Assembly (NCBI GenBank): GCA_021783595.1 | Contig: JAJXTS010000004.1 | Coordinates: 1 to 44,329, forward strand | Length of the DNA: 44,329 nucleotides | Direction of reading: 5' to 3' | From: Chloroflexota bacterium | GTDB taxonomy: Bacteria; Chloroflexota; Limnocylindria; Limnocylindrales; CSP1-4 | Shown here: positions 20,624-31,377 of the stretch, piece after piece | How positions within the stretch are numbered: the first letter of the stretch is position 1 | Layout of the letters: each line of letters starts with the position of its first letter | The notes under the pieces: generated by a model | Told to the model about the DNA's origin: nothing | The model's database searches: none | Seen by the model: the letters and a program-made list of their open reading frames with translations, nothing else | Translations under genes and position numbers: made by a program

Positions 20624-21285
20624 TTCTCGACCCGAGCACCGCCTCGCAGCTCGTGGACGCGGTCGCCGCGGCGGTCGTGGTCCTGGGCATCGGCATCGCC
20701 TCCACGCGGTCGCTCGGCCGGATGATCTGGGTGACGGCCGCCCAGTCCGCGCTGGTGGGCGCCGCCGCGCTCGTCGTGGCGGCCGCGACCGGGGCCGCCC
20801 ACCTGGCGCTTGGCGGCGTGCTGGCGATCGGCGTCAAGGGCGTCGTGGTGCCCCTGGTGCTGGGGTCCATCCTGCGGCGGTCCTCGGTGCGTCAGGAGCG
20901 CCGCCCGGTCGTGGCGCCCCGCGTCACGTTCGTGCTGGCCGTGGTCATCGTGTTCGTCGCCACCGCCGCCACCCACGACGTCCGGCTGCCCGTGGCGCTC
21001 GACGCCGCCCGTGCGCTGCCCGCGGCCATCAGCACGCTGCTCACGGGGCTGCTGATCGTCATGACCCGGCGCAAGACGCTGTCGCTCGTGGTGGGGCTGC
21101 TGGTGTTCGAGAACGGGATCGCGCTGGCCGCGTTCTCGCTCGTGTACGCCATGCCGATCGTGGTGGAGCTGGGCGTCCTGTTCGACCTGCTCATCGCCGT
21201 TGTCGTGGCGTGGGTGTACTCGCGCCGGATGCTCGACGTGCTCGGCACGCTGTCCACCGACGAGCTGCGGAACCTGCGCGGATGA
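20620..21285 (+). CDS. hyfE: HyfE/HycP-like membrane subunit
   Basis: GLLVFENGI, ELGVLFDLL, C-terminal ELRNLRG. ATGA overlap. Confidence 0.85.
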   Translation: MILDPSTASQLVDAVAAAVVVLGIGIASTRSLGRMIWVTAAQSALVGAAALVVAAATGAAHLALGGVLAIGVKGVVVPLVLGSILRRSSVRQERRPVVAPRVTFVLAVVIVFVATAATHDVRLPVALDAARALPAAISTLLTGLLIVMTRRKTLSLVVGLLVFENGIALAAFSLVYAMPIVVELGVLFDLLIAVVVAWVYSRRMLDVLGTLSTDELRNLRG

Positions 21286-22769
21286 CCGAGCTGCTGACCC
21301 TGGCCATCGCGCTGGCGCCCGTCCTCGGGGCCCTCGCGGCGTGGTCCGCCGGGAAGGGGGGCAGGGCGCGCCTGGCGATGGGCATCGGCATCACCGCGAC
21401 CGGCACCTCCATGGCCGCGGCCGCGGCGCTCGGGGCATGGGTCTTCGCCGCGGGGACCGAGACCGCGTTCTCCGGGCTGGTGACCGTGGACGCACTGGGC
21501 GCGTACATGCTGCTGCTGGTGGCTGCCGTGGCCGCCATCGCGTTGGCGGCGTCGCCCGGGTACCTGGCGCGCCATCGGGCCGACGGCACCCTGCCGCCGC
21601 TCGAGGAGGGAACCTACTGGGCGCTGCTCGCGCTGTTCGCGGGCGGGCTCGCGACGGTGCCGCTGGTCGACAATCTGGGCCTCGTCTGGGTGGGGATCGA
21701 GGCGACGACCGCGGTGTCCGCGCTGCTGGTCGGCTTCACGCGGTCGCCGCGCGCGATCGAGGCGGCCTGGAAGTACCTGATCCTCGGGTCGATCGGGATC
21801 GGCTTCGCGCTGCTCGGCACGATGCTCCTGTTCGCCGCCGCGGGCCCGGCCGCGGACGCCGGCAACGCCCTCGCCTGGACCGAGCTGGGCCGGTCCGCGG
21901 CGAGCCTGGACCCGGAACTGCTGCGCCTGGCGTTCGTGTTCGCGCTCGTCGGCTACGGGACCAAGGCGGGTCTCGCGCCCTTCCACACGTGGCTCCCCGA
22001 CGCCCACAGCCAGGCGCCCGCCCCGATCTCCGCGCTGCTCTCGGGGGCCGGTCTGGCGGTGGCCCTGTACGCGCTGGCGCGGTTCCACCACATCGTCGCG
22101 ACGGCGCTCGGCCCCGGCTTCTCGGGGACGCTCCTGGTCGCCTTCGGCCTGCTCAGCCTGGCCGTGGCCCTGCCGTTCATCGTGGCGCAGGGAGACCTCA
22201 AGCGGCTCCTCGCGTACTCGTCCATCGAGCACCTCGGGCTCGCCACGCTCGCCCTCGGGTTCGGCGGCCGCCTGGCCCTGGCCGGCCTCGCGCTCCACCT
22301 GTTCTGCCACGGGCTCGCCAAGGCGTCCGCGTTCGTCGCGGCCGGCCGGCTCGTCGAGGAGGCGGGCAGCCACCGCATCGGCCGGCTCCGCGGCAGCCTG
22401 ACCCGATCGCCCGCGGCGGCGCGCGCGCTGGTCGTCGCGTCCCTGATGCTGTCGGGCCTGCCGCCGTCGGGCATCTTCGTGGCCGAGCTGGCGATCCTGT
22501 TCGGCGGGGTGGCCGCTGGCTGGGCGCTGGCCGCGGCCGTGGCGGCCGTGCTGCTGGCGCTCGCCGTGGCGGGGCTGCTGTTCCACGTGGCGCGGGTGGC
22601 GGTCGGACCCAACCGCGCGCGCGGGCCGCGAGTCTCCATCCGCGCCCGGACGGCGCTGGCGCTGGCGGCACCGCTGGCGCTGGTGGCGGCAGCGGGCCTG
22701 TGGACGCCGTCGCCGGTGGCGGCCGCCATCGCGCAGATCGTGGCCGTCCTCGGAGGCGGCCATGGATGA
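21282..22769 (+). CDS. hyfF: HyfF/HycQ-like antiporter subunit
   Basis: WVGIEATT, EAAWKYLILGS, GYGTKAGLAPFHTWLPDAHSQAPAPISALLSG, KRLLAYSSIEH. Confidence 0.9.
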   Translation: MTELLTLAIALAPVLGALAAWSAGKGGRARLAMGIGITATGTSMAAAAALGAWVFAAGTETAFSGLVTVDALGAYMLLLVAAVAAIALAASPGYLARHRADGTLPPLEEGTYWALLALFAGGLATVPLVDNLGLVWVGIEATTAVSALLVGFTRSPRAIEAAWKYLILGSIGIGFALLGTMLLFAAAGPAADAGNALAWTELGRSAASLDPELLRLAFVFALVGYGTKAGLAPFHTWLPDAHSQAPAPISALLSGAGLAVALYALARFHHIVATALGPGFSGTLLVAFGLLSLAVALPFIVAQGDLKRLLAYSSIEHLGLATLALGFGGRLALAGLALHLFCHGLAKASAFVAAGRLVEEAGSHRIGRLRGSLTRSPAAARALVVASLMLSGLPPSGIFVAELAILFGGVAAGWALAAAVAAVLLALAVAGLLFHVARVAVGPNRARGPRVSIRARTALALAAPLALVAAAGLWTPSPVAAAIAQIVAVLGGGHG

Positions 22770-24279
22770 GACGAGGGCCGGCGCGTGCGCGCAGGTGCCG
22801 GCGAGCGGCTTGGCCGAGGCGGTGGGCAGGAGCGTTGCGGCAGGCGGCCGGTACGCCATGCTGGTCGGTCTCGACGAGCGCTCGCTGGGCGGCGCAGGGC
22901 TCGGCCTGGAGGCGGTCCTCGTTGGCCCCGGCGGCGACCTGGAGCGGATCCGGGCGGCGGTGCCGCTGGACGCGACGGGCTACCCCTCGATCACGCCCCT
23001 CGTGCCGGCCGCCCACTGGGACGAGCGCGAGGCGCGCGACCTGCTGGGCACCGTCCCGGTCGGCCATCCGGACCCGCGGCGGCTCGTGCTTCACGAGCGT
23101 TGGCCGCGCGGCTACCACCCGCTGCGCAAGGACGTGCCCGTCGGGGCGCGGCCGCCGCTCGCGGACCGTCGCTTCGCGCCGTTCGAGGTGCACGGGGAGG
23201 GGACGTACGCGCTGCCGGTCGGGCCGATCCACGCGGGGATCATCGAGCCCGGCCACTTCCGCTTCTCCGCCATCGGGGAGCGCGTGCTGCACCTCGACCC
23301 GCGTCTGTTCTTCGCCCACCGCGGCCTCGAGAAACTGGCGGAGGGGCGGCCGCTGGCCGGGGCGACGCCGCTCATCGAGCGGGCCTGCGGCGTGTGCGGG
23401 GTGGCGCACGGCGTTGCCTGGGCCAGCGCGGTCGAGGCGCTCACCGGCACCCGGGCCCCGGCCCGTGCCGCATGGGCGCGGGTCCTGCTGGCCGAGCTCG
23501 AGAGGCTCTACAACCACGTCGGCGATCTCGGGAGCATCTGCGCCGGGATCGGTTTCGGGTCCGGCGCGGCGCGCCTGGGGCTGCTTCGGGAGCGCCTGGT
23601 GCGGGCGAACGACGCGCTCGTCGGGCACCGCTACCTCGCGGGGATCGTCGTTCCGGGCGGGCTCGGCCGGCCGCTGGACGCCGCCGCCCTGGCCGCGCTG
23701 CCCGGCCTCGTCGCCGACATCGAGGCCCAGGTGGCCGCCGCGGTGCGGTCGATCGTCCGCTCGGACGGCGTGATGGCCCGCCTCCGGACCACCGGCGCGG
23801 TCCCGGCCGAGACGGCAGCGGCGCTCGGGGCGACCGGCGTCGCCGCGCGGGCCAGCGGGATCGATGCCGACCTGCGTCGCGACCGCCCCTACGCCGCGTA
23901 CGCCGAGCTCGACGTGTCGGTGGCCACCGCCGCCTCGGGCGACGTCGCGGCGCGCTTCCACGTCCGGGCGCAGGAGGCGGCCGCGTCCGCTCGGCTGGTG
24001 GTCGAGGCCGCTCGCAGGCTGCCCGTCGGCGAGGATCGGGTGCCGCTCGGTGAGGCTCGTGCCGGCGAGGTTGCGATCGCGGGTGTCGAGGGGCCGCGGG
24101 GCGCGTCCTGGCTGTGGCTGCGGGCGGGTGACGCCGGGACCGTGGACCGCGTCCGGCTGCGCTCGGCGTCGTTCGCCAACTGGCCCCTGGTGGCGGCCGC
24201 CATGCCCGGCAACGTGGTGCCCGACTTCCCGCTCATCAACAAGAGCTTCGAGCTCTGCTACGCCTGCACGGACCGCTGA
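22762..24279 (+). CDS. hyfG: Group 4 [NiFe]-hydrogenase/Ehr-type large subunit (NuoC+NuoD-like), both CxxC motifs intact
   Basis: EREARDLLG, VGPIHAGIIEPGHFRF, HRGLEKL; L1 ERACGVCGVAH; C-terminus DFPLINKSFELCYACTDR*. Confidence 0.9.
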   Translation: MDETRAGACAQVPASGLAEAVGRSVAAGGRYAMLVGLDERSLGGAGLGLEAVLVGPGGDLERIRAAVPLDATGYPSITPLVPAAHWDEREARDLLGTVPVGHPDPRRLVLHERWPRGYHPLRKDVPVGARPPLADRRFAPFEVHGEGTYALPVGPIHAGIIEPGHFRFSAIGERVLHLDPRLFFAHRGLEKLAEGRPLAGATPLIERACGVCGVAHGVAWASAVEALTGTRAPARAAWARVLLAELERLYNHVGDLGSICAGIGFGSGAARLGLLRERLVRANDALVGHRYLAGIVVPGGLGRPLDAAALAALPGLVADIEAQVAAAVRSIVRSDGVMARLRTTGAVPAETAAALGATGVAARASGIDADLRRDRPYAAYAELDVSVATAASGDVAARFHVRAQEAAASARLVVEAARRLPVGEDRVPLGEARAGEVAIAGVEGPRGASWLWLRAGDAGTVDRVRLRSASFANWPLVAAAMPGNVVPDFPLINKSFELCYACTDR

Positions 24280-24281
24280 CC

Positions 24282-25112
24282 ATGCCCTTCGACGTGCTCG
24301 ACCGCTACCTGCGACCGCTTCGCCACGGCCGCGCCACCAGCCGCTATCCCGCCGAGGCGCCGGACCTGTCGCCGGCGTCGCGCGGGCTGCCGGCCCTCGA
24401 CGCGGCAGCGTGCGACCGGAGCGGCTCGTGCGCGGCCGTCTGCCCGACGGGCGCGATCAAGCTGGAGTCGGACGGCTGGCGGCTCGATGCGGGCTCCTGC
24501 CTGCTGTGCGACGCCTGCGTCGCGGCCTGCCCGACCGGCGCGCTGGGCCACACCGGCGAGATCGAGCTGGCGACCCGTCGCCGGAGCGACCTGGTGGTGC
24601 TGGGCGAGCCGCCCTGGGCCGTCGAGGGGGGCGCCGCCGGCAAAGCCCTCGCCGAGGCGAGAGCCCTGGCCGACGCGAACGCCCTCGCCACCGCGATCGA
24701 CCGTCGCCTGGGCCGGTCGCTCCACGTCCGCCACCTCGACGCCGGCTCCTGCAACGGGTGCGACTGGGAGATGAGCGCCCTGCTCAACCCGTACCACGAC
24801 GTCACGCGGTTCGGCGTGGACTTCGTGGCCTCGCCGCGCCACGCGGACGTGCTCCTGGTGACGGGCACGATGACCCGCAACCTCGAGGAGGCCGCGGTGC
24901 GGACGTACGAGGCCATGCCGGAGCCGCGGCTGGTCGTGGCGGTTGGCGCCTGCGCCATCGGCGGCGGGGTCTTCGCCGGCAGCTACGCCGGGCGGGACGG
25001 CATCGGCGAGGTGCTGCCGGCGGACGTGCTCATCCCGGGCTGCCCGCCGCGCCCGGAGGCGCTGATCCAGGGCCTGCTGCTGCTTGCCGACCGCTGGGTC
25101 CCGCGCGGGTAG
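24282..25112 (+). CDS. hyfI: Fused ferredoxin (HyfH/NuoI-like) + hydrogenase small subunit (HyfI/NuoB-like)
   Basis: CDRSGSCAAVCP and CLLCDACVAACP, then GSCNGCDWE, SPRHADVLLVTG, GACAIGGG, IPGCPP. Confidence 0.88.
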   Translation: MPFDVLDRYLRPLRHGRATSRYPAEAPDLSPASRGLPALDAAACDRSGSCAAVCPTGAIKLESDGWRLDAGSCLLCDACVAACPTGALGHTGEIELATRRRSDLVVLGEPPWAVEGGAAGKALAEARALADANALATAIDRRLGRSLHVRHLDAGSCNGCDWEMSALLNPYHDVTRFGVDFVASPRHADVLLVTGTMTRNLEEAAVRTYEAMPEPRLVVAVGACAIGGGVFAGSYAGRDGIGEVLPADVLIPGCPPRPEALIQGLLLLADRWVPRG

Positions 25113-25220
25113 ACCCCCGGCCACGCCCCGGCGCCCGCGGCCCCGGCCGGTGGCGACCCCATCCGGCCAGGAGTGCGAAACTGGCGGCCGGCCCCGCCGC
25201 CTCCCCGTCCCAGTCCGCAG

Positions 25221-26858
25221 GTGACCGTGTCCCGCAGCGTCCGACTCCGGCCCTGGCAGCACGCCGCCCTGGCGCGCTTCGCCGCCGCCGAGCACCCCGA
25301 CTTCCTGGCCGTCGCCACGCCCGGAGCCGGCAAGACGACGTTCGCGCTGGCGGCCCTGCGGACATCGCTGGCCAAGCGGCCGGGCCGGGTTGTGGTGGTG
25401 GCGCCGACCGCGCACCTCAAGGTCCAGTGGGCGAGCGCCGCCGCGGGGCTCGGCCTGCACCTGGACCCGGCCTGGTCGCCCGCCGACGGGCCGATGCCGC
25501 CCGACATGCACGGCATCGTCACGAGCTACCAGCAGGTGGCGCTGTCCGCCGACGCGATCCGGGCCCAGGCGGCGGGCGCCCACGTCGTCCTCGACGAGGT
25601 CCACCACGCCGGCGAGGACCAGGCGTGGGGCGACGCGCTCCGGCACGCGTTCGCCACCACGCACCGCCGGATCTCGCTCTCGGGCACGCCGTTCCGCTCG
25701 GACACGCGGGCCATCCCGTTCGTGCGCTACGTGGCCGACGAGGCCGTCCCCGACTTCGAGTACGGCTACGGCGACGCCCTCCGCGACGGCCGCGTGGTGC
25801 GCCCCGTGTACTTCCCGCGGACCGGCGGCGAGATGGAGTGGAGCGCGCCCGACGGCGTCGTCCACCAGGCGACCTTCGACGACCCGCTCGCCAACCAGCT
25901 GGCGAACCAGCGGCTGCGGACCGCGCTCTCCATCGAGGGCGACTGGCTGCCGTCGGTCCTGCGCGAGGCTGTCGCCCGTCTCGAGATCGTCCGGCGGCAG
26001 CAACCGGACGCGGGCGGCCTCGTCATCGCCATGGACCAGGACCACGCCCGGGGGATCGCGCAGCTGCTGCGCAGGGAGATCGGCGCGCCGGCCACGGTGG
26101 TCACCTCGGACGATCCGGACGCGTCCGAGAAGATCGCCGCGTTCGCCGTGGGCAGGGACCCCTGGCTGGTGGCCGTGCGGATGGTGAGCGAGGGCGTGGA
26201 CATCCCGCGCCTGCGGGTGGGCGTCTACGCGACCACCGTGACCACGGACCTGTTCTTCCGCCAGGCCGTGGGCCGCTTCGTGCGCTGGGTTCCCGGCGTG
26301 CGCGACCAGCGCGCCTGGCTGTTCATTCCCGACGATCCTCGGCTCCGGGTCAGGGCCGCGGAGATCGCCGAGCAGCGCCGGCACTCGCTGCGGCGGCCGG
26401 TCCACCCCGGCGAGGAGGACGATCCGGAGGAGCAGCGCCGGGCCGCTGCCGCCGAGCTGGCGGCTGGCGAGCAGCTCTCGCTGTTCGCCGCGCTGTCCGC
26501 GGTGGCCGTGGGCGACGCGTCCGCGGGCGAGGCGTGGAGCGAGCCCCTCCCGGGCGACTGGGATTCGGGCGAGGACCCGACGATCGAGCTGGAGCTCGGG
26601 CCGCCCCCGCCGCTCGTCGCGCCGCCGGCCGGCCTGCCGATGGACGGGGCGACGCGCCGGGCCGCGAAGGACCGGCTGAGGGTGGCCAACGCCGAGGCAG
26701 CCAAGGACATCGCGCGCTGGTCGGGGCTGACCTACGCGGCGGTGAACCTGGAGCTGAACCGCAACTCCGGCATCCGTCGCGTGACCGAGGCCACCGAGGC
26801 CGAGCTGGTGGGGCGTCTCCAGGCGGCGCGCCGCTGGCAGTGGCGACTGGGGAAGTAG
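25221..26858 (+). CDS. SF2 DEAH-like helicase (ResIII-type; resembles actinobacterial Rv2917 family)
   Basis: LRPWQ, ATPGAGKT, LDEVHH, SGTPFRSD, VRMVSEGVDIPRL, FRQAVGRFVR. Start uncertain (25221 or 25227). Confidence 0.88.
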   Translation: MTVSRSVRLRPWQHAALARFAAAEHPDFLAVATPGAGKTTFALAALRTSLAKRPGRVVVVAPTAHLKVQWASAAAGLGLHLDPAWSPADGPMPPDMHGIVTSYQQVALSADAIRAQAAGAHVVLDEVHHAGEDQAWGDALRHAFATTHRRISLSGTPFRSDTRAIPFVRYVADEAVPDFEYGYGDALRDGRVVRPVYFPRTGGEMEWSAPDGVVHQATFDDPLANQLANQRLRTALSIEGDWLPSVLREAVARLEIVRRQQPDAGGLVIAMDQDHARGIAQLLRREIGAPATVVTSDDPDASEKIAAFAVGRDPWLVAVRMVSEGVDIPRLRVGVYATTVTTDLFFRQAVGRFVRWVPGVRDQRAWLFIPDDPRLRVRAAEIAEQRRHSLRRPVHPGEEDDPEEQRRAAAAELAAGEQLSLFAALSAVAVGDASAGEAWSEPLPGDWDSGEDPTIELELGPPPPLVAPPAGLPMDGATRRAAKDRLRVANAEAAKDIARWSGLTYAAVNLELNRNSGIRRVTEATEAELVGRLQAARRWQWRLGK

Positions 26859-26882
26859 CCCGCCCGGCTCAAGCGGACATGA

Positions 26883-26912
26883 CGAGGCCCCCCCGTTGCC
26901 GGAGGGGCCTCG
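26883..26912. terminator. GC-rich stem-loop between convergent helicase and NCS1 genes
   Basis: CGAGGCCCC...GGGGCCTCG 9-bp stem. No clear U-tract. Confidence 0.55.
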
Positions 26913-26938
26913 AATCGCGCCAGGGCGGACCGGCGGGG

Positions 26939-28489
<1,551 letters not shown>

Positions 28490-28981
28490 AGAGCCTCCCT
28501 CCGGGTGTGACCGATGCCTCGCACCTACGACGGGCGACACCCCGTGCCCCTCCGCCCTAGCGCCCCCCTGCCCGCGTCCTCCCCGCGAGCGGCACCAGGA
28601 GCGGGCGCGCGGGACGCGCCCTGGGGTCAGGCGTCGGGCCCTCGAAGGCCGGCAGGGTGCGGATTCGCGTGGTTCGCCAGGCAGGGACCGGACGGGCGCC
28701 TCCGCTCGACGGAGCGTCGAGACGAGTCGGAGGCTCGGCGGCCAGTGTCTGGTGCACCCTCACCCTTGCGCGATCGCGGACCGCGACGACTGGACGTCGC
28801 AAGTCGGCCCTGGTACCCGGCCGAGCGGCCGGGGCTGGACCTTGGCACGGGATTGTGCGCTGCTGCTGCATGGATTTCTCGGTGTTCCCGCACGGCGCGC
28901 CCGGCCACTCCGGGGCAGTGCGGCCGGGTGGCGGGACGGCCCCCCGCCGGCTGTGCGCCTGACCCGTCCCGCGTCCCCGGG

Positions 28982-30109
28982 CTAGGCGGACGCGGGCGCG
29001 GGGGCGTAGCCCTCGGCCTCCTCCTCGTGCCCGCCGTGGTAGTCGCTGCCGCTCGGGCGCCGGATGTCGCCCTGGGCCACGATCCGGTCCCGGCGGAGAC
29101 CGCGGAAGTCGTCGAGGCTGGCCCAGCCCCGGTCGGCGTGCCGGTCGAGGAAGGCGGCCATGCCCTCGGTCAGGTCCCGGATCACGTTGGGCCCGATCGC
29201 GTGGTCGAGCATCGCGGCCGTGGCCACCTGGACGGTCCCGCAGCCGAGCAGGAAGTAGTCCAGCGCCTGCGCCCAGCCGGAGATGCCCCCGATGCCCGAG
29301 AACTCGCGGTCCGGGAATGCTTTCGTCATCTCGGCCATCTTGGCCAGCGACAGCGGCAGGATGGCGGGCCCGCCCATGCCGCCGGAGGAGACGTAGCCGT
29401 CCACGTTGATCTCGAACTCGAGCGTGTCGGGGTCCACCAGCGGCAGAGCCGGGAAGGTGTTGGACGACACGATCGCGCTCGCGCCGCCGAGGAAGGTTGC
29501 CTCCGCCTCCTCGGCGATGTTCGCGGTGGCCGGGGTGAGCTTGACCCAGACCGGGACCTTCGCCACCTGCCGCACCGCCATCGTGGACGTCGAGCACAGG
29601 ACCGGGTCCTTGCCCAGGTTGGAGCCCATGTCCACCCGGTCCATGTGCGGGCAGCTGAAGTTGAGCTCGATCGCGTCGGCGCCGGCCTCCTGGACGCCAC
29701 GCGCCAGCGTCTGCCAGTGCTCGAACTCCTTGTCGTCCCCGGAGCCGGCCATGATGGAGGCCACCAGCACGCGGTCCGGCCAGTTGCGCTTGAGCCGCTC
29801 GATGCGCGGCATCCACCAGTCGAGCGACTTGTCGCTGATCAGCTCCCAGTTCCACGACGCCATCAGCGGGGCTTCGGGGCGCTTGGCCATCGACGTCCGT
29901 CCCGTCGCCGGGTCGGTGCGGAGGAACTTGGTCCGGGGACCGGCGACGTTCTCGACGGGGTGCAGGCCGATCGTCTTGGTGACGACGCCGCCCCAGCCGG
30001 CCTCGAAGGCCCGCTCGATGTTGCTCTCGGATTCCGTCGGGGGCGCCGAGGCCAGCAGGAAGGGGTTGACGAATGGGATCCCGGTGAAGCGCGTGGACAG
30101 ATCGGCCAC
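28982..30109 (-). CDS. preA: Dihydropyrimidine dehydrogenase PreA-like FMN subunit lacking the C-terminal ferredoxin domain
   Basis: NPFLLASAPPT, AGWGGVVTKT, NWELISD, IELNFSCPH, VWVKLTP, SGIGGI. GTG start with AGGAG SD. Confidence 0.85.
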   Translation of the reverse strand: MADLSTRFTGIPFVNPFLLASAPPTESESNIERAFEAGWGGVVTKTIGLHPVENVAGPRTKFLRTDPATGRTSMAKRPEAPLMASWNWELISDKSLDWWMPRIERLKRNWPDRVLVASIMAGSGDDKEFEHWQTLARGVQEAGADAIELNFSCPHMDRVDMGSNLGKDPVLCSTSTMAVRQVAKVPVWVKLTPATANIAEEAEATFLGGASAIVSSNTFPALPLVDPDTLEFEINVDGYVSSGGMGGPAILPLSLAKMAEMTKAFPDREFSGIGGISGWAQALDYFLLGCGTVQVATAAMLDHAIGPNVIRDLTEGMAAFLDRHADRGWASLDDFRGLRRDRIVAQGDIRRPSGSDYHGGHEEEAEGYAPAPASA

Positions 30110-30368
30110 TGGGCTCGCTCCTGAACGTGCCGCCAGTCGGGCGCGGCAACGGAAGGCGAGATGGTTGTATGCCGACTGGCCTCGCGAGTAGGGCCACTTG
30201 TCACATCGTGCCCCGTGTCGCGGAGCGTGAGCCGGCACGGGCCGCGGGCGGCGGGCCGAGGGCCGCGGGCCGAGGGCTGTCCCAACCGGCCCTCCCGGTC
30301 GGCGCGCCCCGATCGGTACACTCGGCCACGAGGCCCGCTGCGGGGCCGCAACCAGGAGGGAGCGCGCC

Positions 30369-31352
30369 ATGGAGCACCGCAGGCTCGGCAAGACCGGCCG
30401 TGCCGTCTCGGTCGTCGGCTTCGGGGCGTGGGCCATCGGCGGCGACTGGGGGTCGGTGGACGACGCGACGGCGCTCCGGGCGCTCCACGCGGCCGCCGAC
30501 GCCGGCGTCGACCTGATCGACACGGCCGACGTCTACGGCGACGGGCGGAGCGAGCGGCTGATCGGCCGGTTCCTGCGCGAGCGCCCGGGCGAGACGTTCT
30601 TCGTGGCCACCAAGATGGGCCGCCGCGCCCCGCAGCTGCCCGAGAGCTACAACCCGGACGCGTTCCGCGCCTGGAACGACCGCAGCCGCGAGAACCTGGG
30701 CGTGGACACGCTCGACCTGGTCCAGCTGCACTGCCCGCCGACGCAGGTCTACTACACGCCGGAGGTCTTCGCAGCGCTCGACGAGATGGCGGCGGAGGGG
30801 CGGATCCGCAACTACGGCGTGAGCGTGGAGAAGGTGGAGGAGGGGCTCAAGGCGCTGGAGTTCCCGGGCGTGGCGACCGTCCAGATCATCTTCAACATGC
30901 TCCGCCAGCGGCCCGCCGAGCGGTTCCTGGGCGACGCCGCGCGCCGCGGCGTGGGCGTCCTCACCCGGGTGCCCCTCGCGTCCGGCCTGCTCACCGGCAG
31001 GCTCCGGCCCGACACGGCCTTCGAGGCGACCGACCATCGCGCCTACAACCGGCAGGGCGCCGCGTTCGACGTGGGCGAGACGTTCGCGGGGGTGGACTAC
31101 GAGACGGGCCTCGAGGTGGTCGAGGCGTTGCGCGAGCTGGTCCCCGAGGGCGCCACGCTGGCCCAGGTCGCGCTGCGCTGGATCCTCATGCACGAGGGCG
31201 TGACCGCGGCGATCCCGGGTGCCAAGTCGCCGGAGCAGGCCGTCGCGAACGCCGCCGCCGCGGACCTGGCGCCGCTGCCGCCCGCGACGATGGCGCGCGT
31301 GGCGGAGCTCTACGACGCCCGGGTTCGCCCGCTGGTCCACCAGCGCTGGTAG
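30369..31352 (+). CDS. Aldo/keto reductase
   Basis: GFGAWAIGGDWG, DTADVYGDGRSE, ATKMGR, DLVQLHCPP, PLASGLLTG, IPGAKS. AGGAGG SD. Confidence 0.95.
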   Translation: MEHRRLGKTGRAVSVVGFGAWAIGGDWGSVDDATALRALHAAADAGVDLIDTADVYGDGRSERLIGRFLRERPGETFFVATKMGRRAPQLPESYNPDAFRAWNDRSRENLGVDTLDLVQLHCPPTQVYYTPEVFAALDEMAAEGRIRNYGVSVEKVEEGLKALEFPGVATVQIIFNMLRQRPAERFLGDAARRGVGVLTRVPLASGLLTGRLRPDTAFEATDHRAYNRQGAAFDVGETFAGVDYETGLEVVEALRELVPEGATLAQVALRWILMHEGVTAAIPGAKSPEQAVANAAAADLAPLPPATMARVAELYDARVRPLVHQRW

Positions 31353-31377
31353 CGCGTCGGCCCGACCTCGCCGGTCG

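Noticed and set aside
24268-24279. Selenocysteine read-through or C-terminal extension of the large subunit at TGA
   Set aside because: TGA follows the complete CxxCxxR motif and the next gene starts 3 nt later, so it is a normal stop.
25221-26858. Helicase as part of a restriction or anti-phage system
   Set aside because: No methyltransferase, nuclease or other defence gene is adjacent. It matches a widespread stand-alone family.
28842-28858. Sigma-54-like TTGGCACGGGATTGTGC
   Set aside because: GG-to-GC spacing is 11 rather than 10 nt, and it points away from the nearest gene start.
28557-28871. Possible small minus-strand ORF MQQQRTIPCQG...
   Set aside because: Weak SD, low-complexity Arg/Pro composition and no recognisable motif. 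Treated as non-coding.
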